The notes under the pieces: model-generated
The model's input: only the letters and a program-made list of their open reading frames with translations
The model's database searches: none
What the model was told of the DNA's origin: nothing
Shown here: one piece after another, positions 1 to 9,804 of the stretch
How the letters are laid out: each line of letters opens with the position of its first letter
Numbering within the stretch: position 1 is the stretch's first letter
Assembly (NCBI GenBank): GCA_038258285.1
Contig: JBBSQA010000005.1
Location: forward strand, 36,929-100,928
DNA length: 64,000 bases
Direction of reading: 5' to 3'
From: Actinomycetales bacterium
Lineage (GTDB): Bacteria; Actinomycetota; Actinomycetes; Actinomycetales; Dermatophilaceae
Made by a program: the position numbers and the translations under genes

Positions 1-800
1 ATGTCTGAGCCCGTCATCATCACCCTGAGGTTGGCGGCCGAGACCGCCTGGCCCGGGTGGGGTCGCAGGGCTTGGAGGTCGGCGGCGAAGACGTCGTCGG
101 TGCCGAGCTGCCCTTCGACGCTCATCGCCGCTGCCACATCGGCGGTGACGATCAACGTTGCGAGGTCGTGCAGGGCCAGGACGAGTTGGCCGAGCATCCC
201 GTCGGTGCCGTTGATCAGTGCCAGACCTTCCTTCTCCGCCAGCTGCACGGGCTCCAGCCGGGCGGCGGTCAAGGCCTGCGCCGAGGGCATCAGCGTGCCG
301 CCCGCGTCGCGCGCTTGCCCCTCTCCGATCAGCGTCAACGCGCAGTGCGACAGGGGGGCGAGGTCCCCGGAACAACCCAGCGAGCCGTACTCGTACACGA
401 CCGGAGTGATGCCGTGGCTCAGCAGGTCGGCATACGCGCCGGCGGTGCTGGGCCTGATGCCCGTCCGCCCAGTCGCCAGCGTGGCGAGGCGCAACAGCAT
501 GGTGGCTCGGATGACCTCGCGCTCCACCTCGGGACCGGAGCCCGCAGCATGGGAGCGGATCAGGCTGCGCTGGAGCTGGGCACGACGCTCCACCGGGATA
601 TGGGTGGTGGCCAGGGCCCCGAAACCGGTCGAGATGCCGTAGTGCGGTCGGTCATCACGGGCTAGGGCTTCGACCGCCGAACGCGACCGGCTCATCTCGG
701 CGAGTGACTCCTCGCCGAGGAGCACGGCCGCTCCGTGCCTCGCGACATCGATGACGTCTCGGGGCGATACCCCCGCCACTCCTACGTGCACGGTGTTCAT
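1..800 (-). CDS. hutH: Histidine ammonia-lyase (3' part runs off the window start)
   Basis: Manual translation from ATG at 800: YGISTGFGALATTHIP...SLIRSHAAGSG and GSLGCSGDLAPLSH (MIO-forming tripeptide, Cys-Ser-Gly variant). Absent from the ORF track because it has no stop in the window. Confidence 0.95.
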   Translation of the reverse strand, partial: MNTVHVGVAGVSPRDVIDVARHGAAVLLGEESLAEMSRSRSAVEALARDDRPHYGISTGFGALATTHIPVERRAQLQRSLIRSHAAGSGPEVEREVIRATMLLRLATLATGRTGIRPSTAGAYADLLSHGITPVVYEYGSLGCSGDLAPLSHCALTLIGEGQARDAGGTLMPSAQALTAARLEPVQLAEKEGLALINGTDGMLGQLVLALHDLATLIVTADVAAAMSVEGQLGTDDVFAADLQALRPHPGQAVSAANLRVMMTGSD

Positions 801-853
801 CCCTCTATTGCAGGGGTTGACTCATCGCGAGACCAGAGTGTTGGCGAGCAATG

Positions 854-871
854 TGTCCCACATATGAGACA
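854..871. promoter_or_regulatory. Putative IclR/HutR operator upstream of hutH
   Basis: Imperfect palindrome TGTCCCACATATGAGACA (14/18 symmetric) about 55 bp upstream of the hutH start; a weaker related site (GACTCATCGCGAGAC) near 819-833. Confidence 0.5.
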
Positions 872-905
872 AGCCGGCGCTCGCGGCGGCTAGGACCAAG
901 CGGGC

Positions 906-2294
906 TCAGTGGACCCCGCGCATCGACTTCTTGAGCATCGGCACGAGGGCGGCGAGGATCAGTCCGAGGACGATCGCGGTGCCGCCGATGGCAGAGAAGT
1001 ACGGCACCTCGTTGTCTCGGTCATAGTAGCCGGCCAGGATTCCGGCGAGGGTCGTGCCGACCGAGATGGACAGGAAGAGCTCGGCGAAGGTGAAGAGCAA
1101 CAGGATGAACGCGAGACCGAGCAGCGGAGTGCTGTTAGGCCCACCGCCGGAGAACGGGATGAAGGCCAAGAACGCGATCCCCATCACCACCAGTCCGGCC
1201 GCGAACTTCAGCGGGGAGCTGGGCTGACGCGAGCCCATCTTGGTCCACACGGCGGCGAAGACCCCCGCGAAGACGATGATGAAGACGGGGTTGATGGACT
1301 GCACGAAGCTGGGCGGCATCGTCCACCCGAAGAACGTGCGGTCCAGACTCTCTTCGGAGTAGATCGCCACCACCGTGAACTGCTGCTGGAACAGGGCCCA
1401 GAAGGCAGCCGAGGCGATGTAGAGCGGGATGAAGGACAGCACTCGGCTGCGCTCGGTGGCATCCACCCGAGCGCTGGTCAGAAGCAAGGCGAAGTAGGCC
1501 ACCGAGGCCGCAATGGCCAGGCCCGCCATCACGTTGGCCAAGTTGCCCGCGTCGACCAACCCGGTGAACAGTGCCCCCGCGACGACGACCAGGACGAGGA
1601 CCCCGGCCCCGATCCACCGACTGAACTGCTCCGCCGGCAGCGGGTTCGGGATGTCGTGCGCCTCGTCCGGCAGGTTCTTGCGGGTCAAGGCGTACTGCGT
1701 CAGGCCGACCAACATACCCACGGCCGCAGCGCCGAAGCCCACGTGGAAGCTCCAGTTCTGCTGCAACCAGCCGGTGATGAGGGGCCCGACCAAAGCTCCG
1801 ATATTGATGCCCATGTAAAAGATCGAGAAGCCGGCGTCGCGTCGCTCGTCACCCTCCGCATACAGGGTGCCCACCAACGAGGTCGCGTTGGCCTTCAGAC
1901 CGCCGGAGCCCACCCCCACCAGGATCAACCCGATGGTCAGACCGAGGACGTCCGGCAGCACGGCCAGCGAGATGTGGCCGAGCATGATCATGATCGCGGA
2001 GTAGAACAGCACCCGCTCCGAGCCCAGGAGTCGATCCGCGAGCCAGGCACCCAGGATCGTCGATAGATAGACACCGCCGCCGTAGGCGCCGACCAGCCCG
2101 GTGGCCACCCCGCGGTCGATGGCCAGGCCGCCCTCAGCGACCGTGAAGTACATGTAGTACAGCAGGATCCCCTGCATCCCGTAGAACGAGAACCGCTCCC
2201 ACAGCTCGACGCTGAAGAGGTTGGCCAGCATCCGGGGATGGCCGAAGAAGGACGCTCGGGTATCGCTCGAGGGCGAGGACTCAACGGTGCTCAT
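906..2294 (-). CDS. POT/PTR2-family proton-dependent oligopeptide transporter, with an apparent in-frame deletion near TM10-11
   Basis: ELWERFSFYG (ExxERFxxY) motif, FYMGINIG PTR2 motif, QSINP, multiple TM segments. Confidence 0.92.
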   Translation of the reverse strand: MSTVESSPSSDTRASFFGHPRMLANLFSVELWERFSFYGMQGILLYYMYFTVAEGGLAIDRGVATGLVGAYGGGVYLSTILGAWLADRLLGSERVLFYSAIMIMLGHISLAVLPDVLGLTIGLILVGVGSGGLKANATSLVGTLYAEGDERRDAGFSIFYMGINIGALVGPLITGWLQQNWSFHVGFGAAAVGMLVGLTQYALTRKNLPDEAHDIPNPLPAEQFSRWIGAGVLVLVVVAGALFTGLVDAGNLANVMAGLAIAASVAYFALLLTSARVDATERSRVLSFIPLYIASAAFWALFQQQFTVVAIYSEESLDRTFFGWTMPPSFVQSINPVFIIVFAGVFAAVWTKMGSRQPSSPLKFAAGLVVMGIAFLAFIPFSGGGPNSTPLLGLAFILLLFTFAELFLSISVGTTLAGILAGYYDRDNEVPYFSAIGGTAIVLGLILAALVPMLKKSMRGVH

Positions 2295-2440
2295 TCACCC
2301 AAGTTCATGCCCGCCGAGAAGGTCTGTCAAACGCGAGCGGACCGCTTGCCGCCTCTCCTCGACAACAGGGGCTGCGCTGCGTCCACTCCGCTCCAACTGC
2401 ACATAGAACCGGAAGTGCGACGGCGTAGGGAAATCGGAAC

Positions 2441-2835
2441 CTAGGGGCGTTCGAGGCGGCTGAGGGCAAGCCGGTACGCGCGGTCAACAGGGTCGGGATC
2501 CTCGTTGAGGGCGATGAGGTTGTTCATGCCTTCGTAGATGAGGAGTAGGTCCTGGCAGACGTCGTCCGGGTCGTCGCCGTTCGTGGCAGCGCACAGCTCG
2601 CCCAGACGATCGACGAGGTGCTGCTCGTAAGCGCGGTCGTGGAGGTAGGCCTGGACCAAGGCGTCCTTGCCACCGAAGTTCTTGTAAGAGACCCCGTGGC
2701 CACCCCCGCCCGCTCGATGACGGCGTCGACACCGGTCGAGGCGATTCCTTGAGAGTAGAAGAGCACCTCTGCCGCACTCGGCAGCCGCGCACGCACTGAG
2801 CCAGTCGGGACCTGAGGTTGTGTCGTCGACGTCAT
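2441..2835 (-). pseudogene. TetR/AcrR-family regulator, frameshifted and internally deleted
   Basis: HTH split across two frames: ...GVDAVIERAGVATGSL then YKNFGGKDALVQAYL (shift near 2687); C-terminal domain abnormally short. Confidence 0.8.
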
Positions 2836-2919
2836 ACGCTTCCGGTAGCGCGAGTAAATGAAACGGCCGTTCTACCGTTGGACAATCCCGTGATTCCAAC
2901 CCACCCCACCCGCTCGTCG

Positions 2920-3506
2920 ATGGCGCCGAAAGCCGACACCCGGTGGGCCATGGTCGGAGCGGGGGCAGCGCTGGTGGGCACCTGTTACGGACTAGCCCGC
3001 TTCGCCTACGGGCTGTTCGCCCCCGAGTTCGGTGCCGAGTTCGCGATCACCCCGACCGTGGCCATCGTGTGGACGTGCTGGGCGCCTCCGGCATCGTCGG
3101 CGCGCTCGGCGGTGACCTCGTCCGACGAGCCGGCCTCCGCAGGACCTGGGTCGTTTTGATGCTGCTCATGGGCTCCGGGACCGCGTTGTTCGCCTTCGCA
3201 CCGACTTCCACCACAGCAGCACTCCTGGCTGCCACCCTTTTCGGCTCCTCCTATATCGGACTGACAGGACTCATCCTGGTCTGGAGCACCCGGCTCTACC
3301 CGGACCGGACCTCCCTCGGCGTCGGCCTGGGCTTCTTCACGATCGCCGCCGGACAGGCGCTCGGCGCACCCGCGTTCGGAAGGCTGGTCGACCTCACCGA
3401 TCCCACCGGGTTGTTCTGCGCCTGGGGCGGTCTGAGCCTGGCCAGTGCTGCGCTGAGACCGCACCGAAGAGACCAACCGGAAGTAGATAGAAAGGTGTCA
3501 ATATAG
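2920..3506 (+). pseudogene. YbfB/YjiJ-like MFS transporter remnant
   Basis: N-terminal YGLARFAYGLF motif joined directly to C-terminal helices (LFGSSYIGLTG...AAGQALG) with a frameshift near 3074; about 195 codons against about 400 expected for an MFS. Confidence 0.75.
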
Positions 3507-3510
3507 AGCC

Positions 3511-3903
3511 ATGTCTCATCAAGCCGCTCCGATCGTGTCCGTTCCGTGTTGCCCTCCGCTGACTCGAGCGCCGTTGACCACGGACGGCGCGGCCGATCTG
3601 GCGCGCGTGTTCAAGGCTCTCGGTGACCCGGTGCGGTTGCGTTTGTTGAGCATGGTGGCGGCCCAGTCGGGGGGTGAGGCGTGTGTCTGCGACCTGACCT
3701 CGGCTTTCGACCTGTCGCAACCCACGATCTCCCACCACCTCAAGGTCCTTCGAGAGACGGGCCTGCTGGAATGCGAACGGCGAGGCACGTGGGTCTTCTA
3801 CCGGGTCGTCCCGGCGACACTGGCGCAGCTTGCCTCCCTCTTGGGGACCCCCGAGCACCTGGCCTCCACCCGCGTTGATTCCGTTGGACCGGTGCAGGAG
3901 TGA
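3511..3903 (+). CDS. arsR: ArsR/SmtB As(III)-responsive repressor
   Basis: FKALGDPVRL, ACVCDL, SQPTISHHLKVL, N-terminal vicinal CC; overlaps the acr3 start. Confidence 0.93.
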   Translation: MSHQAAPIVSVPCCPPLTRAPLTTDGAADLARVFKALGDPVRLRLLSMVAAQSGGEACVCDLTSAFDLSQPTISHHLKVLRETGLLECERRGTWVFYRVVPATLAQLASLLGTPEHLASTRVDSVGPVQE

Positions 3904-5003
3904 GCGGCGTCAAGACTGCCGACGGGCAGGCGGTGGTAGGCCAGCTGTCCACACTGGACCGCTTCCTGCCGGTGTGGATCGGCGTGGCCATGATCGTCGG
4001 GCTGATGCTGGGGCGTGGGGTGCCCAGCGTGAGTGGGGCCCTGCAGCGGGTCGAGGTCGGCGGGATCAGCCTTCCGATCGCCATCGGCCTGTTGGTCATG
4101 ATGTATCCGGTGCTGGCGAAGGTTCGCTACGACCGGGCTGCGGCCGTGGTCGGCGACAAACGCCTGCTGATCAGCTCGTTGGTGTTGAACTGGGTCCTGG
4201 GTCCTCTGTTGATGTTCACCTTGGCCTGGTTGATGCTGCCCGACCTACCGGAGTACCGCACGGGTCTGATCATCGTGGGCCTGGCCCGGTGCATCGCGAT
4301 GGTGGTCATCTGGAACGACCTGGCCTGCGGAGACCGGGAGGCGGCCGCGGTGCTGGTCGCGATCAACTCGGTCTTCCAGGTCTTCGCGTTTGCGGGTCTG
4401 GGGTGGTTCTACCTCAGCGTGCTGCCAGGGTGGCTCGGACTGAACCAGGCCACGATCGATGCCTCCACCTGGGACATCGCCCGCAGTGTGCTGATCTTCC
4501 TCGGTATCCCTCTGCTGGCGGGGTACCTCTCCCGCCGGTTGGGGGAGCGGGCCAAGGGGCGGCAGTGGTACGAGGAGGAGTTCCTTCCCCGTATTGGTCC
4601 CTTCGCGCTCTACGGTTTGCTGTTCACGATCGTGGTGCTCTTCGCGTTGCAGGGCGAGGCCATCACCTCCCAACCGTTGGACGTAGTGCGTATCGCCTTA
4701 CCGCTGCTCATCTACTTCACGGTGATGTGGGGCGGGGGGTACGCCCTCGGCGCCGCGCTGGGGCTGGGCTACGAGCGCACGACGACACTGGCCTTCACCG
4801 CCGCCGGCAACAACTTCGAGCTGGCGATCGCTGTCGCCATTGCCACGTTCGGGGTCACCTCGGGACAGGCCCTGGCCGGAGTCGTGGGACCACTGATCGA
4901 GGTGCCGGTCCTGGTCGGGTTGGTCTACGTCTCACTGGCCCTGCGACCGCGCTTCGCCGAACGTCTCACGGACACCGACAACCCGCTGAGCACCCCGACC
5001 TAA
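3900..5003 (+). CDS. acr3: ACR3-family arsenite efflux transporter
   Basis: GLARCIAMV, GNNFELAIAVA and GPLIEVP motifs; about 10 TM segments. Confidence 0.96.
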   Translation: MSGVKTADGQAVVGQLSTLDRFLPVWIGVAMIVGLMLGRGVPSVSGALQRVEVGGISLPIAIGLLVMMYPVLAKVRYDRAAAVVGDKRLLISSLVLNWVLGPLLMFTLAWLMLPDLPEYRTGLIIVGLARCIAMVVIWNDLACGDREAAAVLVAINSVFQVFAFAGLGWFYLSVLPGWLGLNQATIDASTWDIARSVLIFLGIPLLAGYLSRRLGERAKGRQWYEEEFLPRIGPFALYGLLFTIVVLFALQGEAITSQPLDVVRIALPLLIYFTVMWGGGYALGAALGLGYERTTTLAFTAAGNNFELAIAVAIATFGVTSGQALAGVVGPLIEVPVLVGLVYVSLALRPRFAERLTDTDNPLSTPT

Positions 5004-5068
5004 CCCGGGACCGCGCGTAGGTTGTGGGCTATGGGCCCACACGCCGCACCCCCGACAGGGGATCGACC

Positions 5069-5842
5069 GTGAGCGCTCCGGCCGCAGCCGCCGCACTCGA
5101 CGTGCTCGCGCTGCTGAGTCGGCACCTGGCACCGGTCCCGGCGGCCAGCATCGCGCGAGAGCTGGGGATCCCCCGCTCCACGGCATACCGGGTGCTGTCG
5201 GTGCTCATCAACCGGGGCTTTGTGGTGCACCTCCCCGAGGAGCGCACCTACGGTTTGGGCGTCGCCGCCTTCGAGCTCGGCTCCGCCTACGGCCGGCAGA
5301 CTCCCATGCAACGCGTGGCTCGCCCGTTGCTGACCAGGCTGGCCGACCGCACCAAACACAACGCTCACCTGGCCGTGCTGCACGGGCGCGACGTCCTCTA
5401 CGTCATCGAGGAGCGCGTGGCCGGTCGCCCGTCCTTGGTCAGCGACGTCGGGGTGCGCCTACCCGCCTCCTTGACGGCCAGCGGTCTGGCCATCCTGGCC
5501 GGATTGCCCTCGGCCCAGGTGCGGGCCCTCTTCCCGTCGTCCGACGCCTTCGTGCAGCGCCACGACATCGGCCCCACTTCCCTCAGCAGCCTGCGGCCCC
5601 TCCTGACTCAGACGCGCGCCCGGGGGTATGCCGAGGAGATGGGGTTGGTGACGCCCGGTCTGGCCTCTGTAGCGGCCCCGGTCCTGGACCACACCGGCCA
5701 CCCCGTGGCCGGGGTAGCCGTCACCTTCCCGGTGTATGCCGAGAGCGACGCGGCCCCGCAGCCGGACCTCGTCGCCGCGGTGCAACATGCCGCGGCCGAC
5801 ATCTCTGCCCGCCTCGGGCACCGCAGGACTCTTCCTGGATAG
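5069..5842 (+). CDS. IclR-family regulator (HutR-like)
   Basis: N-terminal HTH (IARELGIPRSTAYRVL), YGLG, VGVRLPASLTASG, SVAAPV; 4 kb from hutH. Confidence 0.9.
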   Translation: MSAPAAAAALDVLALLSRHLAPVPAASIARELGIPRSTAYRVLSVLINRGFVVHLPEERTYGLGVAAFELGSAYGRQTPMQRVARPLLTRLADRTKHNAHLAVLHGRDVLYVIEERVAGRPSLVSDVGVRLPASLTASGLAILAGLPSAQVRALFPSSDAFVQRHDIGPTSLSSLRPLLTQTRARGYAEEMGLVTPGLASVAAPVLDHTGHPVAGVAVTFPVYAESDAAPQPDLVAAVQHAAADISARLGHRRTLPG

Positions 5843-5870
5843 GGTGACCGCGGCTGAGGGAGGACGACAG

Positions 5871-7193
5871 ATGGCCCGAAGGATTCCGACCCGTGAAGTC
5901 GCGGGGTACGCGGCGGGGAGCGTGGGCACCGGGGGCTTCGGCACCTTGCCGGGCCTGGTCCTGGCCTACTACCTGACCGACAGCCTGGCGGTGCCCGCCC
6001 TGTTGGCCTCGGTCATCGTCATCGTGCCCAAGGTGTGGGACGTCATCATCGACCCGGCGATCGGCGCCCTGAGCGATGCCGAGGCCACCCGGCGCAATTC
6101 ACGGATCCGGTTGATGACGATCGGAGCAGTGACCCTGCCCATCGGTTTCATCGGGACCTTCGCCACCCCGCAGGGTTGGTCCCCAACCGCCTCCGCAGGC
6201 TGGGTCCTGGTCTTCTTCGTGCTGGCGACCTCCTCCTTCAGCCTCTTCCAGGTGCCCTACATCGCGCTGCCCGCCGACCTGACCGACGGTTACCGCGAGC
6301 GCACGCGTCTGATGAGCTGGCGAATTGCCACCTTGACGTTGACGATCCTGCTGGTCGGCGCCGGCGGGCCGGCGGTGCGCGACGTCACCGGGGGCGGGCC
6401 GGTCGGCTATCTCGTGATGGCGGTGGTCATCGCGGCCCTGATTCTGGCCGGGATGCTGGGTGCGGTCTGGGGGTTGCGCCGACACCGCGCGACCCCCGTC
6501 ACCGGCACCACCCCAACCGGCGTGCGTGCGAGCTACGGTGCAGCGGTCGAGGTGATCCGAGGCGATCCGTCATACCGCGTGCTGCTGTCCGTCTTCATCC
6601 TGCAAGCCCTCGCCGTCGGCATCATGCTCGGCGCCGCGCAGTACGTCGCCTCCTACGTCCTCGGCAACCAGAGCGCGCTGACGTTCGTCTTCCTCGCCCT
6701 CGTCGGCCCGGCGCTGGTGGTGATGCCCCTATGGACGCGGTATGCCGCCCAGCACGGCAAGCCCGCCTCGCTGCGCGCTGCGTCACTGGGCTTCCTCGCC
6801 GCCACCGTGGCTCTGCTGGGCTTGCTCGTCGCTCCCGGATGGTGGGTGTACGTCGTAGTCGCCGTCGCGGGCGTCTCCTACGCCGGCATGCAGCTGTTCC
6901 CCTTGGCCATGCTGCCGGACGTCATCAACGCTGCCGGCCGGGAACGGGGCGGCACGATGAGCGGCGTGTGGACGGCCGGTGAGACCGCGGGGTTGGCCCT
7001 GGGGCCGAGCATCGTGCTGATTGCGCTGGCCATCGGCCGGTTCCAATCCAGTGCCGGCGGCGTGGTCGTGGACCAGCCGGAGTCCGCCCGGGTGGCCATC
7101 GTGCTGGCCTTCTCGGCTCCACCCGCCGTCCTGGTCTCGCTCAGCCTGCTCGTCCTGCGCCGCTATCGCGAGCCGAGCACCTCGAGCGAGTAG
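5871..7193 (+). CDS. MFS_2 / GPH (MelB-like) cation symporter
   Basis: KVWDVIIDPAIGALSD, VPYIALPADLT..ERTRLMSWR, AMLPDV; about 12 TM segments; GGAGGA RBS. Confidence 0.88.
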   Translation: MARRIPTREVAGYAAGSVGTGGFGTLPGLVLAYYLTDSLAVPALLASVIVIVPKVWDVIIDPAIGALSDAEATRRNSRIRLMTIGAVTLPIGFIGTFATPQGWSPTASAGWVLVFFVLATSSFSLFQVPYIALPADLTDGYRERTRLMSWRIATLTLTILLVGAGGPAVRDVTGGGPVGYLVMAVVIAALILAGMLGAVWGLRRHRATPVTGTTPTGVRASYGAAVEVIRGDPSYRVLLSVFILQALAVGIMLGAAQYVASYVLGNQSALTFVFLALVGPALVVMPLWTRYAAQHGKPASLRAASLGFLAATVALLGLLVAPGWWVYVVVAVAGVSYAGMQLFPLAMLPDVINAAGRERGGTMSGVWTAGETAGLALGPSIVLIALAIGRFQSSAGGVVVDQPESARVAIVLAFSAPPAVLVSLSLLVLRRYREPSTSSE

Positions 7194-7260
7194 TCCAACC
7201 AAACCTGCGACAGTCGGGCGAAGACCCCTCAGGGCCTTCTCATCTTGGTAGCCTCGATCC

Positions 7261-7716
7261 ATGACGAACACTGCCGCAGCAGGGTCATCGCCCATCGACA
7301 TCATCGTGATCGGCTTCGAGGGGAACCAGTTCAACGGGGCCATCGCCCCCGAGATCGCGCGTCTGCATGACACGCAGACCGTGCGCCTGGTCGACATGGT
7401 GTTTGTGCGCAAAGATGCCGACGGCGCCGTGACGTCGATGACCGGGTCCGACTTCGAGGACGGGACATCGAGCCCCTTCCCGGAGGTGACGTTGCTGCAG
7501 CCGGGTGCGCTCGGCATCGACGACGTGGCCGAGGTGGGCGACGACCTGGCTCCGGAGAGTTCGGCCTTGATCATCGCCTTCGAGAACACCTGGGCGGGTG
7601 CGTTCATCTCCGCCGTCCGCGACTCCCAGGGCGAAGTGCTCCGGTTCACCCGGGTTCCCTCGGATCTGGCGCAGACCACGCTGGACCAGTCCGCCGGCAG
7701 CGCCGACACCCACTGA
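7261..7716 (+). CDS. DUF6325-like acidic protein
   Basis: PIDIIVIGFEGNQFNG...VRLVDMVFVRKD...FENTWA pattern; TAGCCT 6 nt upstream of the ATG. Confidence 0.7.
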   Translation: MTNTAAAGSSPIDIIVIGFEGNQFNGAIAPEIARLHDTQTVRLVDMVFVRKDADGAVTSMTGSDFEDGTSSPFPEVTLLQPGALGIDDVAEVGDDLAPESSALIIAFENTWAGAFISAVRDSQGEVLRFTRVPSDLAQTTLDQSAGSADTH

Positions 7717-7728
7717 CCGCCCGCCGTC

Positions 7729-9195
7729 GTGGTCCACCCACCGCCCTTCGACGCGCCCGCCATCCTGAGCCGGCTGTCGGCATACCGCGAACACGATGCT
7801 CCGACCCACGGGGGGCGAGTGCTGTCCTACGTCTACGACAGCGGCAGGCCGGAGCTCGACGCACTCGCCGGGGACGCTGCCCGGATGCTGCAGACGGTTA
7901 ACGGCCTGGATCCCACCACCTTTCCTTCGGTCGCGCTGATGGAGGGCGACCTCGTCTCGTTCGGTCGGGCGATGCTGCACGGCCCCACCGCCACCGGCTC
8001 GATCACTTCCGGCGGCACCGAGAGCTGCATCCTCGCCGTCAAGGCGGCCCGAGACCTGTGGCGCTCGCGTCACCCGGGCCACGGGAGCCGGCCCTCCATC
8101 GTGATCGCCACCTCAGCCCACGCAGCCTTCCACAAAGCCGCCCACTACCTCGGCCTCGACGTCGTCCTGATCTGTGTCGACCCGGCCACCGGCGTGCCCT
8201 CCGCCTCCGCCATGACGGCCGCCCTCGACGAGCAGACTGCGCTCGTGGTCGTGTCCGCGCCGTCCTACCCCCACGGGGTGATCGACCCCGTCGCGGAGGT
8301 CGCCGAAGCCGCCCAGCGAGCCTCCGTTCCCTGCCACGTGGATGCCTGTGTCGGTGGATGGATCCTGCCGTGGTGGCCCCGCGCGGGTGGATCGCCGCTG
8401 CCACCCTGGGACTTCGAGGTGCCGGGCGTCAGCAGCATCAGCGCTGACCTGCACAAGTTTGGCTATGCACCCAAGGGCACCTCGTTGCTGCTCTTCGCGG
8501 ACCCGGAGTTGGATCGCGCCCGCTACTTCGCCCTGACCGACTGGCTGGGCTACCCCGTGGTCAACCCCACGGTGCTGGGCACCCGGTCGGCCACCTCCCT
8601 GGCGGCGGGCTGGGCCGTGGTGAGCGCCCTCGGCGAGCAGGGATATATCGAGCTGACGCGTCAGGTCGTCCGCGCCACCGCTGCGGTGTGCGGGGCGATC
8701 GAGGCGATCCCCGGGTTGAGCGTCCACAGTGAGCCGAGCGGACCCCTGATCGCCGTCCGCACCGACCCCGGAGCGGACGCCGGACAGCAGGTCGATCCGC
8801 ACCGGTGGGCAGCCGAGGTCGCGGCGCACGGGTTCGTCTTGCAGGGACAGCCGGGCCTGCAACAACCCGATGGCACGCTGATTCCGCGCACTACCCACCT
8901 CACGATCACTCCGGTCACCGAAGGGCTGTTGGCCGAGCTGCTCCCGGCGCTGCGTGCGGGGGCCGACGATGCTCGAGGTCACCCCGCCCCGACCCTCGCT
9001 TCCCCCACGACTCCCACCGACACGAGCGCAGCGCCAGCGGACGGCATACCCGATCCGGCGGCCCTGGCCCAGGCCGCGCGCACCACCGGAGAGATCGACC
9101 TGACCACCGTCCTGACGCTGATCGAGGCCCTGCCTCGCGAACAATCGGCCCAACTGCTGACCGACTTCCTGGCGGAGTTCACCGCTCCTCGTTGA
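7729..9195 (+). CDS. PLP-dependent group II enzyme, sphingosine-1-phosphate lyase-like
   Basis: TSGGTES, HAAFHKAAHY, SAPSYPHGVIDP, HVDACVGG, SADLHKFGYAPKG (PLP lysine). Confidence 0.85.
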   Translation: MVHPPPFDAPAILSRLSAYREHDAPTHGGRVLSYVYDSGRPELDALAGDAARMLQTVNGLDPTTFPSVALMEGDLVSFGRAMLHGPTATGSITSGGTESCILAVKAARDLWRSRHPGHGSRPSIVIATSAHAAFHKAAHYLGLDVVLICVDPATGVPSASAMTAALDEQTALVVVSAPSYPHGVIDPVAEVAEAAQRASVPCHVDACVGGWILPWWPRAGGSPLPPWDFEVPGVSSISADLHKFGYAPKGTSLLLFADPELDRARYFALTDWLGYPVVNPTVLGTRSATSLAAGWAVVSALGEQGYIELTRQVVRATAAVCGAIEAIPGLSVHSEPSGPLIAVRTDPGADAGQQVDPHRWAAEVAAHGFVLQGQPGLQQPDGTLIPRTTHLTITPVTEGLLAELLPALRAGADDARGHPAPTLASPTTPTDTSAAPADGIPDPAALAQAARTTGEIDLTTVLTLIEALPREQSAQLLTDFLAEFTAPR

Positions 9196-9318
9196 CGCCC
9201 ACCATCAGCGCTCCGCACCGTGCCCTGCTGACCATGAGGCGCGGGACCTATAGTGGTGCGGTTGTGCACATCCTTGTCAGATCAGGGATCGAAGCACGAC
9301 CATGCCGAGAGGAACGCT

Positions 9319-9804
9319 GTGTCTGCTGGTGCACGTCTTGCCAAACGAATCGTGATCGAGGGCGCCGGGTGGATCCTGGTCCTCGTCGGGCTCGCCGCGC
9401 TGGTACTCCCCGGCCCGGGGTTGCTCGCGCTCTTCGCCGGGGTCGCTCTGCTGTCCAGCCAGTACGAGTGGGCACAGAGACGTCTGGGACCCGTGAAGAA
9501 GGCTGCCATGCGCACGGCCGCCGACAGCGTGTCCTCCGCCTTTCGCATCTCGGTCTCGGTCGTCTTGGCGTTGGGCCTGATCGCCGTCGGGCTCGTATGG
9601 GGTCTCCACCCCCCGGCGCCCTCCTGGTGGCCGGTGGCGGAACGGTGGTGGCTGCTCGGCGGGTGGGGCGCGGGGGCTTCGCTCATCCTGTCCGGCCTGA
9701 TTGCCCTGGGCACCATCATCTACAGCTACCTGAACTTCCGGGACCAGCCGGCGGGCACGGATCCTGCCGAACGCGTCGGCGCCGCCGACCACACCGCCCC
9801 CTGA
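9319..9804 (+). CDS. PGPGW-domain membrane protein
   Basis: LVLPGPGLL motif, EYEWA, 3-4 TM segments; GAGAGGA RBS before the GTG at 9319. Confidence 0.8.
   Translation: MSAGARLAKRIVIEGAGWILVLVGLAALVLPGPGLLALFAGVALLSSQYEWAQRRLGPVKKAAMRTAADSVSSAFRISVSVVLALGLIAVGLVWGLHPPAPSWWPVAERWWLLGGWGAGASLILSGLIALGTIIYSYLNFRDQPAGTDPAERVGAADHTAP

Noticed and set aside
366-374. Cys-Ser-Gly instead of Ala-Ser-Gly at the HutH MIO site
   Set aside because: A known variant in actinobacterial histidases; not novel.
1-665. Plus-strand ORFs 1..642 and 57..665
   Set aside because: Antisense shadows of hutH.
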